The notes under the pieces were generated by a model. It did not search any database and was not told the origin of the DNA. It was given only the letters and a program-made list of their open reading frames with translations. The position numbers and the translations under genes are program-made. From an uncultured Alphaproteobacteria bacterium (GTDB lineage Bacteria; Pseudomonadota; Alphaproteobacteria; HIMB59; GCA-002718135), in assembly GCA_902553005.1 (NCBI GenBank), contig CACDIK010000001.1:12644-76643 (forward strand): DNA of 64,000 nt, read 5' to 3'. Shown here in pieces: positions 54,355 to 63,409 of this stretch (positions are counted from its first letter, which is position 1; the number at the start of each line of letters is the position of its first letter).

Positions 54355-55695
54355 ATGCTTAAAAAAAATGATGTGATAGATTACTTTTATAAAGGAATCA
54401 AAAATAAGAATGATTTACGTATAGGAGTAGAACACGAGAAATTTGTTCTAAAAAAAGACAGTTTACATCAATTGTCTTATGAAGAGCCCAATGGCATAAA
54501 AGATATTCTATTTAAATTAGTAAATAAGGGATGGAAACCAAAGTATGATGATAAAAATACTACAATAATTGCGCTAGAAAGATTTGGTGAAAGTATAACT
54601 TTAGAACCAGGTGGTCAGATAGAATTATCTGGAGCACAATTAAAAAATATCCATCAAACCTGTACTGAAACTAACAGACATTTAAAAGAATTAAAAGATA
54701 TTGGTGAAGAATTTGGCTTTATATTATTAGGATTAGGCGTTGAGCCAAGTTTATCTCTTGATGAATTTCCTTGGATGCCAAAACAAAGATATTCAATAAT
54801 GAAAAAATATATGCCCAAAGTTGGTACTCTGGGACATCACATGATGAAACGCACATGTACAAATCAAGTAAATTTGGATTATCATTCTGAAGAAGATATG
54901 ATTGCTAAGTATAGACTAATGTTAAATCTTGAAGGTATAGCAACTGCAATATTTGCTAACTCACCTTTTGATCAAAAACAAGTTTCTAAATATAAGAGTT
55001 TAAGATCTCATTTTTGGCATCACACAGACAAAGATAGAACAGGTTTATTGCCATTTGTTTTTGATAAAGATTTTAATTTTGAAAAATATGCGGAGTATGC
55101 TCTAGATGTACCAATGTATTTTGTAATTAAAAATCATAAATATATAAATATGACCAATTATACTTTTAGAGATTTTATGAAAAATAATATTTCTAAAGAT
55201 TTAAACATTGAACCTACTATAGAAGATTGGGTAAACCATTTATCAACTCTATTTCCTCAAGTTAGATTAAAGCAATTCCTAGAAATTCGTTCTATGGACG
55301 CATGTTCATGGGATTTAATATGTTCTCAGCCTGCTTTTTGGATTGGTATTTTATACAATGATGAAGCTATTGATAAAACAAATGAAATTGTTGAAGGTTG
55401 GACTCAAAATGATAGAAATTTAATAAATAATTTAGCCCCACTAGGAGGTTTACAAACAAAATTCAAAAATAGTGATCTTTTAGATATTGCTCAAAAATTG
55501 TTTGAAATTTCAAAATCAGGATTAGATAAAAGAAATATTCTAGTAAAAAATGAAAAATATAACGAAACATTTTATCTAAAAGATTTAGAACAAAATCTAT
55601 CAAATGGTCATTCACCAGCTGATTTATTAATCAATAAATATAATGGTAAATGGAAAAAAAATATTAAAAAAATATATGAGGAAGAAATTTTCTAA
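54355..55695 (+). CDS. gshA: glutamate--cysteine ligase (plant/alphaproteobacterial GCS2 type)
   Basis: 446 aa; GVEHEKF and ITLEPGGQIELSGA segments; immediately followed by gshB. Confidence 0.85.
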   Translation: MLKKNDVIDYFYKGIKNKNDLRIGVEHEKFVLKKDSLHQLSYEEPNGIKDILFKLVNKGWKPKYDDKNTTIIALERFGESITLEPGGQIELSGAQLKNIHQTCTETNRHLKELKDIGEEFGFILLGLGVEPSLSLDEFPWMPKQRYSIMKKYMPKVGTLGHHMMKRTCTNQVNLDYHSEEDMIAKYRLMLNLEGIATAIFANSPFDQKQVSKYKSLRSHFWHHTDKDRTGLLPFVFDKDFNFEKYAEYALDVPMYFVIKNHKYINMTNYTFRDFMKNNISKDLNIEPTIEDWVNHLSTLFPQVRLKQFLEIRSMDACSWDLICSQPAFWIGILYNDEAIDKTNEIVEGWTQNDRNLINNLAPLGGLQTKFKNSDLLDIAQKLFEISKSGLDKRNILVKNEKYNETFYLKDLEQNLSNGHSPADLLINKYNGKWKKNIKKIYEEEIF

Positions 55696-56633
55696 TGAAA
55701 AAAAGTATAGCAATCCAAATGGATAATATTGAAACGATTGATTATGAATTCGATACATCTTTTTTAATAGGTTATGAGGCACAAGAAAGAGGTTATGATA
55801 TTTTTTATTACAATCCAAAAGATTTATTCATAAAAGAAAATACTATTCAAGCATCTGGATATTATTTAGAGCTACAGCTAGACGAAAAAAATTATTTTAA
55901 TTTTAAATCTAATAAAATAATTACCAAATTAGAGGATTTTCGATTTGTCTTTTTAAGACAGGACCCTCCTTTTGATATGAATTATATTACATCGACTTAT
56001 ATTTTGGACTTACTTTCATCTTCAACAATTGTTGTAAATGATCCAACAGCAGTTAGAAATTCTACTGAAAAATTATTTACATTTAATTTTAAAGAATTTA
56101 TGCCACCCACTTTGGTAACAAAAGATTTAAAAATTATTGAAGAATTTTTAGATAAAGAAGAAGATATTATAACCAAACCACTTTATGGTAATGGAGGAGA
56201 GGGTATACATAGATTTGACAAAACTAATTTCAATTCTAAAATATTAGAGGAATATTTACACTTGCCTATAATGGTACAAAAATTTATCAATGAGATAGAG
56301 CATGGTGACAGGAGAATTATTTTTTTCGATGGTGAATATTTTGGTTCAGTTGCTAGAATACCACAAGAAGGTAATTTAAAGGCAAATTTTCATGCTGGCG
56401 GTAAGGCAAGTAAAACTGACCTAGTTTATAGGGACCAAGAAATTATCACAAATTTGGGACCAAAACTAAAAGAACATAATCTCTTTTTTGTAGGAATTGA
56501 TATAATTGGAAATTATCTAACAGAAATAAACGTAACTTCACCTACAGGATTGAAGCAAATTAATGCATTAAACAATGTAAAATTAGAGAAAGATTTTTGG
56601 GATAAGCTTGAAGCAAAATATAAATTAGTTTAA
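55695..56633 (+). CDS. gshB: glutathione synthetase (ATP-grasp)
   Basis: 312 aa; RQDPPFDMNY and EINVTSPTG motifs. Confidence 0.92.
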   Translation: MKKSIAIQMDNIETIDYEFDTSFLIGYEAQERGYDIFYYNPKDLFIKENTIQASGYYLELQLDEKNYFNFKSNKIITKLEDFRFVFLRQDPPFDMNYITSTYILDLLSSSTIVVNDPTAVRNSTEKLFTFNFKEFMPPTLVTKDLKIIEEFLDKEEDIITKPLYGNGGEGIHRFDKTNFNSKILEEYLHLPIMVQKFINEIEHGDRRIIFFDGEYFGSVARIPQEGNLKANFHAGGKASKTDLVYRDQEIITNLGPKLKEHNLFFVGIDIIGNYLTEINVTSPTGLKQINALNNVKLEKDFWDKLEAKYKLV

Positions 56634-56656
56634 TTATAATTTTTAAAGGAAAACAT

Positions 56657-57223
56657 ATGCACGAAAATAGAATTTTAATACACAAACTAAAAAATTTTGA
56701 AAATATAAATTCAAATTTTCTTATAATAACATTGATGTTATTTGGTTCAATTTTATTAGCGATTTCCGCTAAAGTTCAAGTACCATTTTGGCCAGTGCCA
56801 ATGACAATGCAGACGTTTGTCATATTCTTAATAGGAATGACATATAGTGTAAGATTATCTTTTGCTACAGTTGCTTTTTACCTTCTTCAAGGAGCTATAG
56901 GACTCCCTGTTTTTGCAGCCGGTGGCGGAGTTGCTTATTTAGTTGGACCAACGGCAGGATATCTTTATGGTATGTTATTTGCATCTATTGTTATAAGTTA
57001 TTTAGCAAATTTAGGTTTCAGCAAAACATATTTTAAAGCTACAGTATCTCTACTAATTGGTTCTGCTATTATATTTTCATTTGGCATCATCTATCTTGGT
57101 TATATCATTGGTTTCGAAAAAGCAGTAGCTGCTGGTCTTTTACCATTTATTCCAAGTGAATTGTTTAAAATTGCATTGGCAGTTGCTTTGATCCCAACTT
57201 TACACAAAATTATTACAAAATAA
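56657..57223 (+). CDS. bioY: biotin transporter BioY
   Basis: 188 aa, about 6 TM; VPMTMQTFVIFL... GPTAGYL typical of BioY. Confidence 0.85.
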   Translation: MHENRILIHKLKNFENINSNFLIITLMLFGSILLAISAKVQVPFWPVPMTMQTFVIFLIGMTYSVRLSFATVAFYLLQGAIGLPVFAAGGGVAYLVGPTAGYLYGMLFASIVISYLANLGFSKTYFKATVSLLIGSAIIFSFGIIYLGYIIGFEKAVAAGLLPFIPSELFKIALAVALIPTLHKIITK

Positions 57224-57229
57224 TAATTA

Positions 57230-58120
57230 ATGAAAATAGGTATTGATGTAGGCGGTACCAAAACTGAGGGTATTCTATTAGATCCAAATGGAACTGAAAT
57301 AGATAGAAAAAGAATTAATACTGAAAAAAATTATGATGGAACAATTAATGGAATAGTATCCATTATAAATCATTTTGAAGATAAGCATGGCAAAGCAGAA
57401 TCTGTTGGTATGGGAATGCCAGGAGCCATATCAAATGATACAGCTTTAATTAAAAATGCTAATTCTATATGGTTAAATGGCAAACCATTTAAGCAAGATT
57501 TGGATAATATTCTTAATAGAAATATTAATATAGAAAATGATGCTAATTGTTTTACACTGTCTGAAGCAGTAGATGGAGCAGGTAAAGGTTATCAAGTTGT
57601 TTTTGGAGTAATCATCGGAACAGGTGTTGGTGGTGGTATTAGCATTGATCAAAAAGTTATAAGAGGCCGAAATAGTATAAGCGGGGAATGGGGCCATATA
57701 GTACTGCCAGGAAGAACTGAAGAAGAAAAAAAATATGTAAAAAAATGTTATTGTGGGAAAAATGGTTGTTTAGAAACTTACATATCTGGCCCAGGATTTT
57801 CATCGGCTTATAACTTGCGTTTCAATAAAAATTATAATTCACATCAGATATTAGAGGGTTTTATAAATAATGAAGAAAATAGTATTTTTGCACTAAATCA
57901 ATACATTGATCATTTAGCTAGAGGTTTATCTGTTGTATGTAATATCCTTGATCCAGATGTAATAGTTTTGGGTGGTGGTATGTCCAATATAGATTTTATT
58001 TATGAAAATATAAATGATACTTTAAAAAAATATGTTTTTACTGATACGCTAGAAACTAAAGTTGTTAAAAATGTTTATGGGGATTCAAGTGGTGTAAGGG
58101 GAGCTGCTTGGCTCTCTTAA
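57230..58120 (+). CDS. ROK-family sugar kinase (NagK/Mak-like)
   Basis: 296 aa; IGIDVGGTK ATP motif, GEWGH, and the zinc motif CYCGKNGCLETYISG. Confidence 0.8.
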   Translation: MKIGIDVGGTKTEGILLDPNGTEIDRKRINTEKNYDGTINGIVSIINHFEDKHGKAESVGMGMPGAISNDTALIKNANSIWLNGKPFKQDLDNILNRNINIENDANCFTLSEAVDGAGKGYQVVFGVIIGTGVGGGISIDQKVIRGRNSISGEWGHIVLPGRTEEEKKYVKKCYCGKNGCLETYISGPGFSSAYNLRFNKNYNSHQILEGFINNEENSIFALNQYIDHLARGLSVVCNILDPDVIVLGGGMSNIDFIYENINDTLKKYVFTDTLETKVVKNVYGDSSGVRGAAWLS

Positions 58121-59568
58121 ATGCCGCCCATTGAAATATATTTTATAGTTAAATAATCATCAAGGCCGTACCGAGAACCTTCTCTTCCCATTCCTGATTC
58201 TTTTACACCCCCAAAAGGAACTTCTGCAATTGTTGGTAGTCCATTATTAATAGATACAATGCCATATTCAAGTGCTTCGGCAACTCTCCAAATTCTTCCT
58301 ATGTCTCTTGAATAGAAATATGAAGCTAATCCATAAGGAGTATCATTAGCCATTTTAATCACTTCATCATCACTGAAAAATTTATAAAGTGGAGCAACGG
58401 GTCCAAATGTTTCTTCAAAAGTTATTTTTGCCTTTGTAGATACATTAGAGAGCACAGTTGGCTGATAGAAATTCCCACCTAGCGAATGTACATCTCCACC
58501 AATTGCTATTTTAGCTCCTGTATTAACTGCGTCTTGTACATGATCAACTACTTTTTCTAAAGAGGATTGATCAATTAAAGGGCCAGATGTAATTCCATCT
58601 TCAAGTCCATTGCCCACTGTTATTTTACTGACTTCATTTGTAAATTTTTCCAGGAATTCATCATAAATATTTTCATGCACAAATATTCTATTTGAACAAA
58701 TACATGTTTGACCACTATTTCTAAATTTACTTTGAAGAGCTCCTGCAACAGCTTCATCCATATCTGCATCATCAAAAACAATAAATGGTGCGTGACCACC
58801 AAGTTCCATAGAAACTTTTTTTACTGTTGAGGCACTTTGCTCTAAAAGTATTTTTCCAACCTCCGTAGATCCAGTAAAAGAAATTTTTCTAACAATAGGA
58901 TTGCTTGTTAGTTCTTTACCAATTTCACTTGCCGATCCAGTTATTACATTAAATACACCATCTGGAAAACCAGCTTCCTTAGCAAGTACTGCTACAGCTA
59001 ATGCTGAATAGGGTGTTTGGCTTGCTGGTTTAACAACAGTAGTACAACCAACTGCTAGAGCGGCTGCACATTTTCTTGTAATCATTGAATTTGGAAAATT
59101 CCATGGAGTTATTGCTCCAACAACACCAACAGGTTGTTTAATTATTACAATTCTTTTTCCAGGTCTTGGATCAGGAACTATGTCACCATAAACTCTTTTT
59201 GCTTCTTCAGCATAGAATTCAATATATGAAGCACCCATTAGTATTTCACCCTTTGCTTCAGCTAGAGGTTTACCTTGCTCAATAGTCATGATTTTAGCTA
59301 AATCATCTGCATTTTCTGTAATTAGCTCCCCCCATTTTTTAAGAATGACTGATCTTTCTTTCGCAGTAGTTTCTTTCCAAGTTTGGAAAGCAGTATTAGC
59401 ATCATCTACAGCTTTTTTAGTTTCTAAAACTGAGCATTTTGGGACATTGCCAATAATTTCAAGAGAGGCTGGATTATTTACCTCAAGAGTTTCTCCTGAA
59501 GAGCTGTCAACCCAATCTCCATTTATAAAACATTTTTGTTTAAAGAGTGATTTGTTATTTAATTCCAT
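58117..59568 (-). CDS. gabD: NAD(P)+-dependent succinate-semialdehyde dehydrogenase family aldehyde dehydrogenase
   Basis: 483 aa ALDH; VSMELGGHAP and FRNSGQTCICSNR (catalytic Cys) motifs and a GabD-like N-terminus. Confidence 0.85.
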   Translation of the reverse strand: MELNNKSLFKQKCFINGDWVDSSSGETLEVNNPASLEIIGNVPKCSVLETKKAVDDANTAFQTWKETTAKERSVILKKWGELITENADDLAKIMTIEQGKPLAEAKGEILMGASYIEFYAEEAKRVYGDIVPDPRPGKRIVIIKQPVGVVGAITPWNFPNSMITRKCAAALAVGCTTVVKPASQTPYSALAVAVLAKEAGFPDGVFNVITGSASEIGKELTSNPIVRKISFTGSTEVGKILLEQSASTVKKVSMELGGHAPFIVFDDADMDEAVAGALQSKFRNSGQTCICSNRIFVHENIYDEFLEKFTNEVSKITVGNGLEDGITSGPLIDQSSLEKVVDHVQDAVNTGAKIAIGGDVHSLGGNFYQPTVLSNVSTKAKITFEETFGPVAPLYKFFSDDEVIKMANDTPYGLASYFYSRDIGRIWRVAEALEYGIVSINNGLPTIAEVPFGGVKESGMGREGSRYGLDDYLTIKYISMGGI

Positions 59569-59611
59569 AAGTTTTAATTATAATGCATAGTTTTAAATTA
59601 AGGAAAATATA

Positions 59612-60715
59612 ATGACAATAGTTAATTCTTGGAATGAATGGGATCCATTAAAGCATGTTATAGTTGGAGCAGTTGAAAATGCCAACATACCTCCAATGGA
59701 ACCAGCGCTTGAACCAAAAATTAGTAAAGATAGTGGTATGGCAGGATCTCACGGACCACGTTCAAAAGAGTCAATTGATAAAGCAAATATACAATTAGAA
59801 AACTTTGTTAAAATTTTAAATTCTCTAAATATAAAAGTTGATAGACCAACACCAATTGACTTTTCTCAAAGTATCGAGACGCCCGATTGGTCTAATGATG
59901 GTATGTTTGGTTGTATGCCTCCAAGAGATGTTATTCTCACTGTAGGAAATGAAATGCTGGAAGCGCCAATGTCTTATAGATGTAGATGGTTTGAGTATCT
60001 CGCCTATAGACCTTTACTTGAAAAATATTATTCAGAAGATAAAAATATGAGATGGGAATCGGCACCTAAACCAAGATTAACAAATCAATCTTATAAGTCT
60101 AATTATCTTCCTGAAGGCATATCTGAAGAAGAACGATATAAAAAAATTGAAAATAGAGACATGATATTGACAGAAAAAGAACCTCTTTTTGATGCAGCAG
60201 AAATTTTACGCTTTGGAAAAGATCTTTTTTATCATAACAATTTTACATCAAATTTAAGCGGTTTAGATTGGTTAAGAAGACATTATCCAAATCATCGCGT
60301 TCATCAAATTAATTTACCAGGTGATTTAACTCCAACTCACATAGATGCATGTTTTACTCCTATTAAACCAGGAGTTATAATCATTAATCCGAATAGAAAA
60401 ATATCATCAGAGCAAAGAAAAATTTTCGATGATAATAAATGGGAAATTCATGAGGCAGCATCTTCTATTCATAATAGTCCACCACCTATGTGTTATTCAT
60501 CAATCTGGTTATCAATGAACGTTTTGATAATTGATCCTAAAACTATATGTGTTGAAGCAACTGAAGAAAAAATGATTAAACAAATGGAAAGTTTTGGATT
60601 GGATGTTATTCCAGTTCCTTTTAGGGATGTTTATGCATTTGGGGGTAGTTTACATTGTGCCACTACTGATGTTAATAGAGAAGGTGAGTGTGAGGATTAT
60701 TTTCCAAATCAATAA
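59612..60715 (+). CDS. amidinotransferase of the glycine amidinotransferase (AGAT) / StrB1 type
   Basis: 367 aa. The N-terminus NSWNEWDPLKHVIVG resembles AGAT/StrB1 (HNEWDPLEEVIVG). THIDACF supplies the His/Asp pair and GGSLHCATTDVNREG carries the catalytic Cys349 (TGT 60656-60658). Confidence 0.8.
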   Translation: MTIVNSWNEWDPLKHVIVGAVENANIPPMEPALEPKISKDSGMAGSHGPRSKESIDKANIQLENFVKILNSLNIKVDRPTPIDFSQSIETPDWSNDGMFGCMPPRDVILTVGNEMLEAPMSYRCRWFEYLAYRPLLEKYYSEDKNMRWESAPKPRLTNQSYKSNYLPEGISEEERYKKIENRDMILTEKEPLFDAAEILRFGKDLFYHNNFTSNLSGLDWLRRHYPNHRVHQINLPGDLTPTHIDACFTPIKPGVIIINPNRKISSEQRKIFDDNKWEIHEAASSIHNSPPPMCYSSIWLSMNVLIIDPKTICVEATEEKMIKQMESFGLDVIPVPFRDVYAFGGSLHCATTDVNREGECEDYFPNQ

Positions 60716-61470
60716 TGGATAGTTTTAATCAAAATAACGTTAAAGCCAATTTACATGATACAAAATTTTCTAGAATTGGTGTAATTACACTATCAACTGA
60801 TTTTACTATTGAGCAAGATTTTAGAAAAATTTGTCATAATTTACCAGTTGACCTATTTTTTAATAGGATACCTTTTTTAAATCCTCTGACTCATGAAAAT
60901 TATATAAAGATGGCTGATCATCTTACAGAAATAACAAATCAAATATTACCCAATGAGAAAATACAAGTTGTAGCGTATGGATGTACTTCGGGCACTATTG
61001 AAATTGGTGAAAAAAGAATAAGATCTGAAATCTTCAAAGCTAAACCTGATGCTTTAATTACCACACCTATTACATCAGCTGTCAAAGCACTTAAACTTTT
61101 AAATCATAAAAAAATTGCTGTTCTTACCCCTTATCCAAAAGATGTGAATATTAAAGTTTACAAATATTTAATTGATAGTGGATTTGAAATTAAATCATTT
61201 AGTTCGTTTAATTTAAATTATGACTCTGAAATTGCCAAAGTTACTCATGATAGTTTAATACAAACAATTTCCTCAATTGATTTAACAGATGTTGATAGTA
61301 TTTTTGTTTCTTGTACTGCTTTAAAAGTAATTGATATTATCGATGAATTAGAGTCAAAATTAAGCACAGATATCATATCAAGTAATCAAGCTATTATTTG
61401 GGATTCATTAAGATTGTCTAATATTAATCAAAAAATTGATGGTTATGGTAACCTATTTAAATTACATTAA
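60715..61470 (+). CDS. Asp/Glu racemase-superfamily enzyme (maleate isomerase / EutA-like), two-cysteine type
   Basis: 251 aa. Both catalytic-position cysteines are present (VAYGCTSGT and FVSCTALK), as in maleate isomerase/EutA rather than the one-Cys arylmalonate decarboxylase. Confidence 0.7.
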   Translation: MDSFNQNNVKANLHDTKFSRIGVITLSTDFTIEQDFRKICHNLPVDLFFNRIPFLNPLTHENYIKMADHLTEITNQILPNEKIQVVAYGCTSGTIEIGEKRIRSEIFKAKPDALITTPITSAVKALKLLNHKKIAVLTPYPKDVNIKVYKYLIDSGFEIKSFSSFNLNYDSEIAKVTHDSLIQTISSIDLTDVDSIFVSCTALKVIDIIDELESKLSTDIISSNQAIIWDSLRLSNINQKIDGYGNLFKLH

Positions 61471-61482
61471 ATAGGGATTAAA

Positions 61483-62445
61483 TTGATTACACTTAAACAA
61501 ATACAAGATGCACATAAGAAAATTTTACCTTATGTTAATTATACACCATTAATTAATTCTAATTTCTTATCAAAAAGTAATACAGTAAAACTAAAGTTAG
61601 AAAATTTCCAAATCACTGGTTCATTTAAGTTAAGAGGTGCCGTAAATAAGTTACTTTCTTTAAGTGAAGATGACAAGAACAAAGGAGTCATCGCAGTTTC
61701 TACAGGTAATCATGGCAAAGGCGTTGCTTATGCTTCAAAGGTATTGGGCATTCAATCAACAATATATATGTCTTCAATGGTTCCAGAATATAGAAAAGAG
61801 TCTATTGAAAAATTAGGAGCAAAAGTAGAAATTATTGGAAAGAATAGTGATGAAGCTGATTTACATGCTAAACAAATTGCGAAAGAAAAAAATATCCCAT
61901 TAATTCACCCCTTTGATGATGAAGACATTATTATAGGCCAAGGTACAGTTGGGCTTGAAATGCTTACTGAATTTCCTGAAGTTGATACTGTAATTATACC
62001 AACATCTGGTGGCGGTCTTATATCTGGAATAGCACAAGCGATTAAACTTCAAAAACCTGACACAAAAATTATTGCCGTATCTATGGAAAGAGGTCCTTCA
62101 ATGTATGAAAGTATAAAAAAAGGCAGACCTGTTGATGTAGAGGAAACTGAGACTTTGGCTGATTGTCTAGGAGGTAGTATTGGCTTAGATAATAAATTTA
62201 CATTTAATATTGTACAACAATACGTTGATGACTTTGTTTTAGTAAGTGAAGAAAAAATAGCTGAGGGAATAAGAATAAATTTTTTAGAACATAAAATTGT
62301 ATCTGAAGGTGCTGCAGCAACAAGTGTAATGGTTGTTAAAGAAAAACTAACATCGCACTTAGGAAAAAATATAATCTGTTTAATTTGTGGTGGAAATATT
62401 GACTCGGAATTGTTTAACAAAGTTTTAAGTCATGCTCATCCTTAA
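61483..62445 (+). CDS. PLP-dependent threonine/serine dehydratase-like enzyme (EutB-like, no regulatory ACT domain)
   Basis: 320 aa; PLP-lysine motif FQITGSFKLRGAVNK and glycine loop PTSGGGLISG. Confidence 0.8.
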   Translation: MITLKQIQDAHKKILPYVNYTPLINSNFLSKSNTVKLKLENFQITGSFKLRGAVNKLLSLSEDDKNKGVIAVSTGNHGKGVAYASKVLGIQSTIYMSSMVPEYRKESIEKLGAKVEIIGKNSDEADLHAKQIAKEKNIPLIHPFDDEDIIIGQGTVGLEMLTEFPEVDTVIIPTSGGGLISGIAQAIKLQKPDTKIIAVSMERGPSMYESIKKGRPVDVEETETLADCLGGSIGLDNKFTFNIVQQYVDDFVLVSEEKIAEGIRINFLEHKIVSEGAAATSVMVVKEKLTSHLGKNIICLICGGNIDSELFNKVLSHAHP

Positions 62446-63406
62446 CAAAAATGATATTATTCAACATGTAGATTTAAATAAAAATCTCATACCAATAATA
62501 GAGGAGGCTTTTATAAGTTTATCAAAAGGATTGGTAATGATGCCACCTATAATGAGAATTGATATTGAAAAATATCATGGTGAATCTGATGTTAAAGCTG
62601 CATACGTTGAGGGTCTTGATAGTTTTGCAATAAAAATTGCTTCAGGTTTTTTCGATAATCCAAAACTTGGTCTGCCATCTAGTAATGGACTGATGGTTTT
62701 ATTAGATTCAAAGACTGGAGTTGTAAGATCTGTTCTATTGGATGAAGGTTATCTTACAGATACTAGAACAGCTATAGCAGGAGCAATAGCTACAAAATAT
62801 TTATCAAATCAAAATGCTAATTCTGTTGGTATTATTGGAGCTGGAATTCAAGCCAAATTACAACTTCAAGCAATAATGTTAGTTAGAAAAATAAAAAAAA
62901 TAATAGTCTGGACAAGAGATGAGACAAAAGCAAACCAATTTATCGAAGGTTTTAAAGATTTAGATTTAGATTTGCATGTAGCTTCTTCTTGCAAGGAGTT
63001 GGCAAGCTTATCAGAAATAATCGTTACAACGACTCCTAGTAAAAAACCACTTTTGGAATTTGATTGGATAATTAAAGGAACTCACATAACAGCAATGGGA
63101 TCAGATGCAGAACAAAAAAACGAATTGGATCCTCAGATGTTAAAACATTGCGATCAATATGTACCTGACAATCAATTACAAACAAGTGTTTTGGGTGAAT
63201 TACATCATGCACTAAAACAAAATATAATTTCTTCTAAAGAAAAATTTAATGAACTTGGCGATATTATTAATGATCCAAGCTTAGGAAGAAAAAATAAAAA
63301 AGATATAACAATATGTGATTTGACAGGAACTGGCGTACAAGATACTGCAATAGCAAGATTTGCTTATAATCTTTGTAAAACAAATAATTTAGGCATCAAT
63401 ATTTAA
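62432..63406 (+). CDS. ornithine cyclodeaminase / mu-crystallin family NAD enzyme (EutC/SbnB-like)
   Basis: 324 aa; Rossmann GIIGAGIQAKLQ and OCD-family length and layout. Confidence 0.8.
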   Translation: MLILNKNDIIQHVDLNKNLIPIIEEAFISLSKGLVMMPPIMRIDIEKYHGESDVKAAYVEGLDSFAIKIASGFFDNPKLGLPSSNGLMVLLDSKTGVVRSVLLDEGYLTDTRTAIAGAIATKYLSNQNANSVGIIGAGIQAKLQLQAIMLVRKIKKIIVWTRDETKANQFIEGFKDLDLDLHVASSCKELASLSEIIVTTTPSKKPLLEFDWIIKGTHITAMGSDAEQKNELDPQMLKHCDQYVPDNQLQTSVLGELHHALKQNIISSKEKFNELGDIINDPSLGRKNKKDITICDLTGTGVQDTAIARFAYNLCKTNNLGINI

Positions 63407-63409
63407 TTT

